Position numbers and translations under genes: made by a program. DNA of 64,000 nucleotides from Patescibacteria group bacterium (GTDB taxonomy: Bacteria; Patescibacteriota; Minisyncoccia; Minisyncoccales; Staskawiczbacteraceae): contig JAHJTG010000008.1 in NCBI GenBank assembly GCA_018829965.1, positions 9,314-73,313 on the forward strand. Reading direction: 5' to 3'. The notes under the pieces were generated by a model. It had not been told where the DNA came from, did not search any database, and saw only the letters and a program-made list of their open reading frames with translations. Below, one piece after another: positions 37,068-45,461 of this stretch. Within the stretch, counting starts at the first letter, position 1. Each line of letters starts with the position of its first letter.

Positions 37068-37235
37068 TTGTCCCGATTTTCGGTCTGCCGAAAATCGAGA
37101 ATCCTCGATTTATTTTTAATTTAAAAAATAAACCGGGAGATGAATGTCTTTCTTCATGTTTCCTACGAATTACGAATATTTTCGAATTACGAATTCGTAA
37201 CATTACATAAAATTCGTAAATTTGAATTATGTTTA
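37068..37235. repeat. Family A plus family B modules in the rpmE-prfA divergent spacer
   Basis: gtcccgattttcggtctgccgaaaatcgagaatcctcgat, then cctacgaattacgaatattttcgaattacgaattcgtaa. Confidence 0.75.
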
Positions 37236-37290
37236 TTATATTACCAAACCCTCTTCTTAAAATCAATAGGTTATGATATAAAGATAAAAT

Positions 37291-38133
37291 ATGAACGAAG
37301 AAATTATAAAAAGCGGGGGGCTAGGAAAAAGTCCCACTTCGCCTGATGGCTTCGCGGGACAACAATCACAGCAAGCTGTAATTGTTGAAATCCGGGCAGG
37401 AACTGGCGGAGACGAAGCTAGCTTATTTGCTAGGGATTTGTTTCGTATGTACTCAAGATTCAGCCAAAATCAAGGATGGAGCCAGAAGATTTTAGATTCT
37501 AGTTTAAACGATTTAGGCGGGTATAAAGAAATCATTTTTGAGTTATCAGGTCCCAATGTCTATGAAAGTATGAAATATGAAGGTGGAGTACATCGCGTCC
37601 AAAGAATTCCCAAAACAGAAAAGCAAGGCAGGGTTCATACATCAACAACAACCGTAGCGGTTTTAAAAAAGCCAAAGAAAACAGAAATTAATATCAGCCC
37701 AAGCGATTTAAAAATTACTACTTACAAAGCTTCTGGTCCTGGAGGACAATATGTTAACAAAACAGAGTCAGCTATAAGAATCGTTCATATTCCAACAGGA
37801 CTTGTGGTTACTTCTCAATCTGAAAGGAACCAACTCCAAAATAAAGAAAGCGCTATGACTATTTTAGCAGCAAGATTACTGGAAAAAAAACAAAAAGAAG
37901 AACAATTGCAGATTACAGGAGCGCGACGCGAACAAATCGGTTGGGCAAAAAGAGCTGAGAAGATGAGAACATATAACTTCCCTCAAGATAGGATAACAGA
38001 CCATAGAATAAATAAGTCTTGGCATAATTTAGAAAATATATTAAATGGAAATTTAGAACCGATCATAAAAGCATTTAAAAAGACAAATCCTGGTCCCGAT
38101 GCCGCAAACGGCGGCATCGAGGATCCTCGATAA
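37291..38133 (+). CDS. prfA: Peptide chain release factor 1 lacking most of domain 1
   Basis: RAGTGGDEA, tripeptide PKT (PxT) in [37 protein letters not shown]. Only ~34 aa precede RAGTGG, against ~105 in E. coli RF1. Confidence 0.85.
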   Translation: MNEEIIKSGGLGKSPTSPDGFAGQQSQQAVIVEIRAGTGGDEASLFARDLFRMYSRFSQNQGWSQKILDSSLNDLGGYKEIIFELSGPNVYESMKYEGGVHRVQRIPKTEKQGRVHTSTTTVAVLKKPKKTEINISPSDLKITTYKASGPGGQYVNKTESAIRIVHIPTGLVVTSQSERNQLQNKESAMTILAARLLEKKQKEEQLQITGARREQIGWAKRAEKMRTYNFPQDRITDHRINKSWHNLENILNGNLEPIIKAFKKTNPGPDAANGGIEDPR

Positions 38134-38300
38134 CTCCGATTGCGTCGTGAGTCCACGACTTTGTCGGGACTTCGTTATCGGGACACGATATAGAAAGTAT
38201 AATGGACGGCAAAATGGAAGGAATCGTCAAGGCGTTCAAAAAAGCGGAAACCGCAGATTAATACGGATTTATAGCGGATTTATAGCGGATTTACACAGAT
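38093..38300. repeat. Family A modules, then CGGAT tandem units (family I), spanning the prfA 3' end
   Basis: ggtcccgatgccgcaaacggcggcatcgaggatcctcgat...gtcgggac...atcgggac; cggatttatagcggatttatagcggattt. Confidence 0.75.
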
Positions 38301-38303
38301 ATT

Positions 38304-38333
38304 AAAAAACCAGAGGTAACCTCGGGTTTTTTA
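38304..38333. terminator. Bidirectional terminator between the convergent prfA and the 38350-39783 gene
   Basis: aaaaaa-ccagagg-uaa-ccucggg-uuuuuu. Confidence 0.65.
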
Positions 38334-38349
38334 ATTACAAAATAACTAT

Positions 38350-39783
38350 TTAATTCTCCAAAGCTGCGATATCATCTGTATAACCAGTAGCAATTGCCAA
38401 TACTGATCTCCCGTAAAACTCTTCTGACTTTCTCCAATATGACCCAGAAAAATACATCATAACTGCTTTAAATTCTTTTGATTTAACATTAGCGCCATTA
38501 TCCTTTAAAAGAATAGCTGCTGCTAAAAACGCGTCTCTTATATCCCAAGGATCTGCAGTTTTGCCGGTTATCGCTTCTACTTTTTTATCGTAACCATATT
38601 TTGACCAAGTTGATGGGATAAACTGAGCTGGACCCATTGCACCGCCATACCCGCCGACACTGGCTATTGGGCAAGATACAGGAGTCTCAAACGGATCTCT
38701 TTCCAAGCCCTTACTTTTGTTCAACTTATCAATAATATTTAGGAAATAAGGGATTGAAGTCATACTCATTACGTGAGAAACACTTTTCCCAGTCTTAATA
38801 AACACTCCACTGCCATTCTTTGTATCTTTTAAATAACATTGTCCTACTTGTTTACCAATATTTGATTCTTGAGTTAATACAGCCAATATTAAAGCGACCC
38901 TAACGCCAGTTATACTTGAAGCATATTTTGCAATTTCGTATGCTTCACCAAAAGTCGGAGCCTTTGAGACACCGAGCAAATCAAAAATTCTCGCCCTAAT
39001 TGTAGCTGATTTTTTCTGCGCTTCTTGTTTTTCTTTAAGTTGTTTTTGGTATTCTGCCTCCGTTAATTTCAAAAGGCCCTCTTGCTGTTTTTTACTAGAT
39101 TCTGATTCTTGCTTTTGAAGAGACTGTACCTTTATCGCCCTTTCTGTTTGCGATTTTTCATCATCCATTTTAACTTCTTGTCCTTCAAGATACAACTTCA
39201 AATCTTGTGTGTTTTTCAAAAGGTCTCTAAGTTTCGTATTTAATCCCTCAAGATATACTAGATTATTAAAAAAAGCAGAAAGATTCCCCTCAATTAAAAT
39301 TTCTATGGATGACTTTTGGTCTTCTTCGTTTATTGTTCTTAAGACATTTGAAATTTGATATTTTGATTCTTCTATTTGCAATATAATTTTACCAATAGAA
39401 GATTTAGTTTCTTTTATTTGTAATGTTAAATCTTTAATAATAATATTTCCCTGTTTAATCTCATATCCTAATCCTTGGACTTTCTTTTTTAATGTGGTGA
39501 TTTGGCTCTGAAGTGTTTTCTTCTCTTTTTCGGTTTTTGTTATATCTTGAGCGATTCTATCTGATTCTTCTTCATAAAAAGTAGCGCATTTCTCAAGCAA
39601 TATACGACAATCTGACCCCGTCATACCGCCACAATTGAAATCGTTCTCGGCAATTTGAAGACAAGTTTGTTCTAAATTTTCTTCAGCTAAAACCGTGCCT
39701 ACCGGTAAGTAAACAAATGTCGATAAAATTAAAATCGAAATAAGTGTAAATAATACAATTAATTTTGAGAGAAAATAATTCAT
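38350..39783 (-). CDS. Secreted coiled-coil protein with C-terminal lytic transglycosylase (MltB/SLT-like) domain
   Basis: Signal/TM N-terminus, ~230 aa of heptad-rich sequence, then LTQESN (catalytic Glu) and GAMGPAQFIPSTW. Confidence 0.7.
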   Translation of the reverse strand: MNYFLSKLIVLFTLISILILSTFVYLPVGTVLAEENLEQTCLQIAENDFNCGGMTGSDCRILLEKCATFYEEESDRIAQDITKTEKEKKTLQSQITTLKKKVQGLGYEIKQGNIIIKDLTLQIKETKSSIGKIILQIEESKYQISNVLRTINEEDQKSSIEILIEGNLSAFFNNLVYLEGLNTKLRDLLKNTQDLKLYLEGQEVKMDDEKSQTERAIKVQSLQKQESESSKKQQEGLLKLTEAEYQKQLKEKQEAQKKSATIRARIFDLLGVSKAPTFGEAYEIAKYASSITGVRVALILAVLTQESNIGKQVGQCYLKDTKNGSGVFIKTGKSVSHVMSMTSIPYFLNIIDKLNKSKGLERDPFETPVSCPIASVGGYGGAMGPAQFIPSTWSKYGYDKKVEAITGKTADPWDIRDAFLAAAILLKDNGANVKSKEFKAVMMYFSGSYWRKSEEFYGRSVLAIATGYTDDIAALEN

Positions 39784-39814
39784 TTTAAATATAACAAAAG
39801 TGAAAAGTTAAAGG

Positions 39815-40194
39815 TTGTACTATCTATTATCTCTTTTTTTTTGTAAAAAAACCAGCCCTATGTCGCCTCCTCCTCCGCATAAAGCTACGGAGGACAAAGT
39901 AAGGCGATTGGGCTGGCACAAGAATTTCTATTTTGTAGCTTTCTTTTGTTCTACTGGCTTTGCCTCGCCGGTTTGTCCCGCCGAAGCCTTGGCAGAGGCG
40001 GAAGCTTTAGCGGAGGCGGGTTTCTCTTCATCAATCTCTTCTTCTTTAATTTTTCCCAGTAGTAGGTCGCCTGAAGCGACCACTACGGGACTAACCCCGT
40101 ACCAGAATAAGCACGGCACGGGACTCTGTCCAGTAGAATAATTTTGGCTTATTTATAAAAAGATTTTTCGGAGAAAAATACTGCCAAAATTATT
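39815..40194. repeat. Repeat-saturated 380-nt spacer downstream of rplY
   Basis: Nested hairpins ccagccc...gggctgg; GC-rich gccgaagccttggcagaggcggaagctttagcggaggcggg; an 18-bp perfect inverted repeat cagtagaataattttggc/gccaaaattattctactg. Confidence 0.7.
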
Positions 40195-40884
40195 CTACTG
40201 GGCTTTTCTTTCTGTTGGCTTAATTTCCGGTTCTTTATCGTCCACCACCTCTTCCTCTTTTTTCTCCTTTACTACCTTTTCTACATCTTCCACTTTTTCT
40301 TCAATCGGTTCTTCTAATTCCTCTTCAATCTTAGTTTGAGGAATAACCTTAGCAACAATTTCATCTAATCCTTTCAAAACCTTAACATCAGAAGAAAATT
40401 TTAAATCTTTAACAAAAATTTCATCTTCAAAAGTATTTAAAACACTAATATCAATCTTAACATCGTGAGGTAGGTTTTGAGGAAGAGCTTTCACTTTAAT
40501 TTCCTGAATTTCTTTAACTAGTGTCCCTCCTAAGTCTTTAACGGCAAGAGAAATACCTTCAAAAATTATAGGAATTGCAACTTCTACTTCTTGTTTCATT
40601 GAAGCTTGATAAAAATCAATATGTATAAATTTATCAGTGACATAGTCATGTTGAATTTCGTGAATTAAAACTGGCCTTTCTTTACTATCCCCTTCTATCT
40701 TTAAAGAAACCAAAGAACTTTCTCCAGTTTGAGAAAATATTTTTCTAAATTCTTCGTAATCTACTTCTATTGAAACACTTTTAACACCAGGGCCATAAAC
40801 TACTGCTGGAATTTTTCCTTGTTTCTTAATAGATTTAGTTTTCTTGCCAATCTCTTTTCTAATTTTTGCGTTTAAAGTAAGCAT
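40195..40884 (-). CDS. rplY: 50S ribosomal protein L25 (Ctc form)
   Basis: R...GK...K.....G.IPAV.YG N-terminus, two-domain length, acidic C-terminal tail. Confidence 0.9.
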   Translation of the reverse strand: MLTLNAKIRKEIGKKTKSIKKQGKIPAVVYGPGVKSVSIEVDYEEFRKIFSQTGESSLVSLKIEGDSKERPVLIHEIQHDYVTDKFIHIDFYQASMKQEVEVAIPIIFEGISLAVKDLGGTLVKEIQEIKVKALPQNLPHDVKIDISVLNTFEDEIFVKDLKFSSDVKVLKGLDEIVAKVIPQTKIEEELEEPIEEKVEDVEKVVKEKKEEEVVDDKEPEIKPTERKAQ

Positions 40885-40892
40885 AAAAAATG

Positions 40893-40950
40893 AAAATTCT
40901 AAATTCTAAGCACTAAATCCTAAATAAATTCAAAATTCAAATATTTAAAT
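40893..40950. repeat. Heptamer array, family C
   Basis: aaattctaaattctaagcactaaatcctaaataaattcaaaattcaaat; shares tttagtgcttagaattt with the 23S insertion at 24.86 kb. Confidence 0.7.
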
Positions 40951-40973
40951 TATTGTGGCATTGCCACATAATC

Positions 40974-41063
40974 ATTTCGCTCGGTTGAAATGAAAATTTC
41001 GGTTGTCAAAAATAAAAGTAAATTTTTATTTTCTCCTTTCTCAATTTTCATTTTTCCTCACTC
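40974..41063 (+). repeat. Family E element (AAAGTAAATTT core), copy in + orientation
   Basis: ~85% identical to the reverse complement of 43321-43408. Confidence 0.85.
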
Positions 41064-41080
41064 ATGATTATAAACACTTT

Positions 41081-41141
41081 TGGATTTTGGGTTTTGAAAT
41101 TTGGGCTTATTTAGAGTTTAGAATTTGGGATTTGGGATTTA
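41081..41141. repeat. Heptamer array, family C (supplies the ferredoxin C-terminus)
   Basis: tggattttgggttttgaaatttgggcttatttagagtttagaatttgggatttgggattt. Confidence 0.7.
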
Positions 41142-41356
41142 ATAATGTGGATACATTGGACGGGACAACTATCAACTGCGGCTGTCGCGCACTCAATTTT
41201 ATCTGTTTCTAATTCTTCATTACCTGTTTTAGGGTCTCTTTTCCCGTTCTTTAAAGATGCCTTCCCATCGTCAATAACTTCAAAGTATTTTGGGCAAAGA
41301 GCGACGCAGGAACCGCATCCTATACATTTTTCTCTTTCAATAATAATTTTGCTCAT
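41111..41356 (-). CDS. 4Fe-4S ferredoxin
   Basis: CIGCGSCVALCP plus a distal C...CP motif; 81 aa. The last ~8 residues are encoded by the heptamer array. Confidence 0.8.
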   Translation of the reverse strand: MSKIIIEREKCIGCGSCVALCPKYFEVIDDGKASLKNGKRDPKTGNEELETDKIECATAAVDSCPVQCIHIIKSQIPNSKL

Positions 41357-41375
41357 ATAATGTATAAAAAAATAA

Positions 41376-42239
41376 TTATACCTTATTTTTACTATTAAAC
41401 AACCTTATCTTATCCTCAACCACCCCTTTCACTGCTTTTACTGTTTCGGGCAAATATTTATATGGTGTAATCTCTTTAGGGTTTTCTTTTAAAAATTTCT
41501 TTAAAGTATCTGTATAAATTAGCCTTAATTCTGTATTAATATTAATTTTAACTATTCCTAATTTTATTGCTTTTTTAATATCTTTTTTCGGAGTCCCTGA
41601 CCCACCATGTAAAACCAGAAAGCTATCCTTTATATTTTTTTTAATATCTTTTAATTTTTCGAAATTCAAATTTGGATTACTCTCTGTACTTACACCGTGA
41701 AAACTACCGATACTTACGGCCAAACAATCAACCCCTGTTTCTTTTATATACTCTACGGCTTCTTTTAGATTGGTCAAATTTTTTTCTTCAATTTCAAATT
41801 TTCCCTCATAAACCTTGGATACATCAGTTCCTATTATCCCAATTTCACCCTCAACTAAAACTCCAAATTTTTTTGCATATTTTACAACCTCTTTTGTAGT
41901 TGAAATATTTTCTTTAAGAGAAAGCTTTGAGCCATCAAAGTGCACCATATCATAACCTAATTCAATTGCTTTCTTTATATAATCAAAAGATTTACCATGA
42001 TCTAGATTTAAAAAAATTGGCAAGCCAGTTTCCATCTGATAAGCCTTTTTCAAAGCCACTGCCTGCTTTAACCCTAAAAACCTACTTTCTCCCTCAGAAG
42101 TCCCCAAAATTATTGGGGAGTGCATTTCTTTTGCCGCCTCAATTATTCCTTCAAGTTGAGGTAGTTCAGAAAAATTAAATTGGCCTATCGCCCATTTCTC
42201 CCTTTTTGCTTTTTTAAAATAATATTCTAGGCTCTTCAT
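41376..42239 (-). CDS. fba: Class II fructose-bisphosphate aldolase
   Basis: NLDHG, FDGS, LVLHGGSG, INTE blocks. Confidence 0.9.
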   Translation of the reverse strand: MKSLEYYFKKAKREKWAIGQFNFSELPQLEGIIEAAKEMHSPIILGTSEGESRFLGLKQAVALKKAYQMETGLPIFLNLDHGKSFDYIKKAIELGYDMVHFDGSKLSLKENISTTKEVVKYAKKFGVLVEGEIGIIGTDVSKVYEGKFEIEEKNLTNLKEAVEYIKETGVDCLAVSIGSFHGVSTESNPNLNFEKLKDIKKNIKDSFLVLHGGSGTPKKDIKKAIKLGIVKININTELRLIYTDTLKKFLKENPKEITPYKYLPETVKAVKGVVEDKIRLFNSKNKV

Positions 42240-42315
42240 ATCCTACGAATTACGCTGGACCCCGCAGGGGACTCCCCGAAGGGTTGCTTAAATCGAATTA
42301 CGAATTTCTAATACT
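42240..42315. repeat. Family B (ACGAAT) module with a GC-rich hairpin
   Basis: tcctacgaattacgctggaccccgcaggggactccccgaagggttgcttaaatcgaattacgaatttc. Confidence 0.7.
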
Positions 42316-42318
42316 GAT

Positions 42319-43293
42319 TTATATTTTGGATTTTGTAATCTTCACCTTACCGAATTTCTCATTTTTTTTCAAGAGTCCAGTCTTCGCACCGATTTTTTTA
42401 AGACAAGAAACATTGTTGGCCATACCTAATTGCTCAGCATATTCTATATCGCCTTTTGATTTTATAAACCCGGAAACAAATCCAGAATTGCCAGCATCGC
42501 CAGCGCCGGTCCTGTCAAGCACTTTTATTTTCGGCACCTCGGCATAATAGATATATTTCCCATCAGAAGCCACTCCCCTTTTACTATTTCCCATCATAAC
42601 AATCCCCGGGCAAAACTCATCTAATTTCTTAAATATTTCTTTTTCTTTTTGATAAGGGACTTTTGTCAAAAAAGACGCTTCTTCCTGATTTAAAAACAAT
42701 ATGTCCACTTTTTTGAGTATTTTCTCCAATCTTTTAATCGGTAGATTAAGTTGACAATTGCCTGGATTCAAAGCCACCTTAATCTTATTCTTATATGCAA
42801 AATCAATTATCTCTCCGAATTTACTGCATAATGAACCTGAAAGCGGAGCAATATAAAACCATTTTGCCTGAAGTTTTTTCCAGGAAATATCTTGTTTTTT
42901 TAATTCTCCCGATGCTCCGCGGTAAACAAATGCCGTCCTCTCTCCTTTAGAGTCGATAAAGATTATAGAGTGATTTGTCGGTTTTTCTTTCTTAATAATA
43001 AAATTAGTATCGACGCCGAACCCGTCAAGTTCTTCAATTATCTCCTTGCCTGCTAAATCATCTCCAACAGCTCCACAATAAGCAACCTTAAACCCTTGGT
43101 TTGCAAAAGTTGCCGCAGTGTTTGTCCCGCCTCCTCCAGAAGAAAAAAATATTTCCTCAATATCAATTTTAGAACCAAGATTAAAACAAACTCCTTTTCC
43201 GGTAACAAAACCCTTCCCACTCGCTGTTTTTAATTTATCTGTCTTTAAAAATATATCTTTCGCAGCGGAACCAAACGTTATGATATCGTACAT
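42319..43293 (-). CDS. PfkB-family carbohydrate kinase
   Basis: GGGGTN, ...DRTGAGDA... signature. Start moved to MYDIITFGSA; the tracked N-terminus is family E repeat DNA. Confidence 0.85.
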   Translation of the reverse strand: MYDIITFGSAAKDIFLKTDKLKTASGKGFVTGKGVCFNLGSKIDIEEIFFSSGGGGTNTAATFANQGFKVAYCGAVGDDLAGKEIIEELDGFGVDTNFIIKKEKPTNHSIIFIDSKGERTAFVYRGASGELKKQDISWKKLQAKWFYIAPLSGSLCSKFGEIIDFAYKNKIKVALNPGNCQLNLPIKRLEKILKKVDILFLNQEEASFLTKVPYQKEKEIFKKLDEFCPGIVMMGNSKRGVASDGKYIYYAEVPKIKVLDRTGAGDAGNSGFVSGFIKSKGDIEYAEQLGMANNVSCLKKIGAKTGLLKKNEKFGKVKITKSKI

Positions 43294-43320
43294 AATATGA
43301 AAATTTTTAATAATTGGCAG

Positions 43321-43408
43321 CGAGTAAGGAATGAAAACTGAGGGAGGAAAAAATAAAAATTTACTTTCATTTTTGACAACCGAAATTTTCATTCCGAGCG
43401 AGCGAACC
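43321..43408 (-). repeat. Family E element, copy in - orientation
   Basis: Reverse complement ttcgctcgctcggaatgaaaatttcggttgtcaaaaatgaaagtaaatttttatttttt... matches 40974-41063. Confidence 0.85.
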
Positions 43409-43438
43409 AATTATATAGATTATTTATAATCTCTATTT

Positions 43439-43639
43439 TTAATTAATTTCAAATTTTTCAACTAAATTCTCTTGTTTTTTGGAATATTCAACAGGATTAA
43501 TTTCTTTTCCATTTATAAAACTTTCGTCTTCAAGTCCCACAGCAACCCAACGCCATTGCTTTTTTCCGTTGATAATACATTTTATCGCCTGCAAATGTGT
43601 ACCAGTAGAAAAAATTGTCATATTTTTAATTTTTGACAT
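43439..43639 (-). CDS. Small hypothetical protein downstream of the R-M pair
   Basis: 66 aa, no HTH recognisable; 13 nt from the methyltransferase stop. Confidence 0.4.
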   Translation of the reverse strand: MSKIKNMTIFSTGTHLQAIKCIINGKKQWRWVAVGLEDESFINGKEINPVEYSKKQENLVEKFEIN

Positions 43640-43652
43640 ATTTTTATAATTA

Positions 43653-44555
43653 TCAATTGAATAATGTATTTTGTTCTTGCAAAAATTTTTTTATTCTTTG
43701 CCCAGATAAATCACAATATTTTCTATCTATATCATAACCGACATACTTTCTATTAGTTTTTAGAGCAGCGATACAGGTTGTCCCAGCTCCAACGAAAGGA
43801 TCCAACACGACATCTCCTTCAAAAGTATAAAGTTGAATTACGCGATAAGGTAAATCAACTGGAAATGGTGCGGGGTGTCCAATTTTTCTTGCCCTTTCAG
43901 CTGAAAATCTCCAAATACTTTTTGTAAATTCCAAAAATTCTTCCTTACTTATAGTGCTCTTTTTTTTCTGTAAATTAGAACGACTAAATGTATCCTTGCA
44001 GAAAACAAGAATATATTCATGGACATCCCGCAACACAGGATTGTTTGCTTTTAAATAAGACCCCCAAGCAGTGGACGGACTTGCGCTGTTTCCTTTATCC
44101 CAAAGAATTTCGCCACGCATCAAGAAACCCAATGCATTCATATCTTCAACAATATAAGAGTGAAGTGGCAAATATGGTTTTCTGCCCAAATTAGCAACAT
44201 TTATGCATACCCTACCGCCAGGAACTAAAACTCGGTGCGTCTCTTTAAATACTCTTTTTAATAATTCTCTATATTCTTTGAGAGATAAATTTTTATCGTA
44301 TTCTTTCCCAACATTATACGGAGGGGAAGTAACCATCAGATGGACACTATTATCTGGAAGTTCTGTCATCGCCTCACTACTTTTACAAAAAATTTTGTTT
44401 ATATTTTGAGGAAGAATTTGATTTTCAATATAATCAACATCTTTTCCGTTATTCAACCCCTCATATAATCGACCTGCATAAAATACAGCAGAATCGTGAT
44501 TTATTTTTGCAGGAGCGCCGAATGAACTTGTTTTAGAGCCGTTAGTAATTTTCAT
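43653..44555 (-). CDS. Type II DNA methyltransferase, beta-class (N4-cytosine or N6-adenine)
   Basis: TSPPYN (motif IV) is N-terminal to DPFVGAGTT (motif I), the circular permutation of beta-class amino-methyltransferases. Confidence 0.85.
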   Translation of the reverse strand: MKITNGSKTSSFGAPAKINHDSAVFYAGRLYEGLNNGKDVDYIENQILPQNINKIFCKSSEAMTELPDNSVHLMVTSPPYNVGKEYDKNLSLKEYRELLKRVFKETHRVLVPGGRVCINVANLGRKPYLPLHSYIVEDMNALGFLMRGEILWDKGNSASPSTAWGSYLKANNPVLRDVHEYILVFCKDTFSRSNLQKKKSTISKEEFLEFTKSIWRFSAERARKIGHPAPFPVDLPYRVIQLYTFEGDVVLDPFVGAGTTCIAALKTNRKYVGYDIDRKYCDLSGQRIKKFLQEQNTLFN

Positions 44556-44577
44556 TTATATTTATATTTTAATTTTA

Positions 44578-45207
44578 TTATTCCTTCCAATAATCAACCC
44601 ATTTTTTATATGGATCATAATCTAATTTGGTCTTTTGCCATGTTATTTTAATAAAATTTGTTCCTTCAGAATCAACTATTTTTGATAACGCCTCTTTTGT
44701 AATTTCAACCCCTCTTGGGTTTGTACCGGGTTTAGGAAGTTTGATATATTTTTTACGACCCATTTCTCCAAATATCTTTTTCTGAATTTCTAATGGAATA
44801 TAATAAAATCCACCGACAGAACCCCAATTTATTTGAATCAATAAAATATCACAATTAGGATAATAATTCTCGCGAAACTCTTTCGCTTTTTGAGCGTCTA
44901 CTGTCCAAACTAATTTAACACCGCTAAATCCCTTACCTGTAATTGTTTTTATAGAAATTGGTTCACCAAATAATTCAACATCAATTTCTGCTTTAGTAAT
45001 TGGGATATCTGTTTTCACATTTTCCTCTCCAAATCTATGAATTAACAGGGCGACTAGCATTCTTTCTCGAAGAGAACCTACTTCCATTCCAACCTTACCA
45101 GCTCTTGAGCTTTCTATTTCGGCAATTTGAAATAAATATGGTAAACGTTTTTTAATTTTATCTATGAGCTCTTGGTCCTCAAATATTTTTACTAAATGAT
45201 TTATCAT
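44578..45207 (-). CDS. Putative type II restriction endonuclease
   Basis: 209-aa ORF immediately upstream of and co-oriented with the methyltransferase. E..E/K-rich core. Family not identifiable by eye. Confidence 0.55.
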   Translation of the reverse strand: MINHLVKIFEDQELIDKIKKRLPYLFQIAEIESSRAGKVGMEVGSLRERMLVALLIHRFGEENVKTDIPITKAEIDVELFGEPISIKTITGKGFSGVKLVWTVDAQKAKEFRENYYPNCDILLIQINWGSVGGFYYIPLEIQKKIFGEMGRKKYIKLPKPGTNPRGVEITKEALSKIVDSEGTNFIKITWQKTKLDYDPYKKWVDYWKE

Positions 45208-45228
45208 TTTTAATTTTTTAATTTTAAG

Positions 45229-45461
45229 CTGTCGAGCGAGGCGACGAGTTTGAAAGTAAATTTCGCAGGCTCAATTCCTAAACTGTCGAGCGAGGCAATA
45301 ATGTATACGGGAGCACTTCGAATAGTTAAGCAAGGTAGTAGTTATAAAAGTGCCTCTCGCAGGCGATTTTGCATGGTCCACCGCCAAAGCGGGGGAAAAT
45401 CGCCGAGAGTGGAGATGACCAAACCTCGCAGGGGTTTGGATTATCGCCACTTTTATGGCTA
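45229..45461. repeat. Family E composite element (GTTTGAAAGTAAATTTCGCAGGC) with nested hairpins
   Basis: Shares tgtcgagcga, g(t)ttSaaagtaaatttcgcaggc and cgcaggcNNtt...aaNNgccgaga hairpins with 53780-53971. Confidence 0.8.

Noticed and set aside
37057-37266. N-terminal 70 codons of tracked ORF 36844-37266
   Set aside because: This is repeat DNA (families A and B). L31 begins at MKKNIHP.
38245-38300. CRISPR array (tandem cggatttatag units; also heptamer arrays elsewhere)
   Set aside because: The units are 7-11 nt, directly tandem with no spacers, and there are no cas genes. They are simple tandem repeats of the repeat families.
39815-40141. ORFs 39815-40141 (+) and 39928-40119 (-)
   Set aside because: Both are generated by GC-rich repeat DNA, which is open in several frames. 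There is no start context or domain. The minus-strand frame is kept only as a low-interest note on L25.
43294-43410. N-terminal 39 codons of tracked ORF 42319-43410
   Set aside because: They are encoded by the family E repeat. The PfkB kinase starts at MYDIITFGSA.
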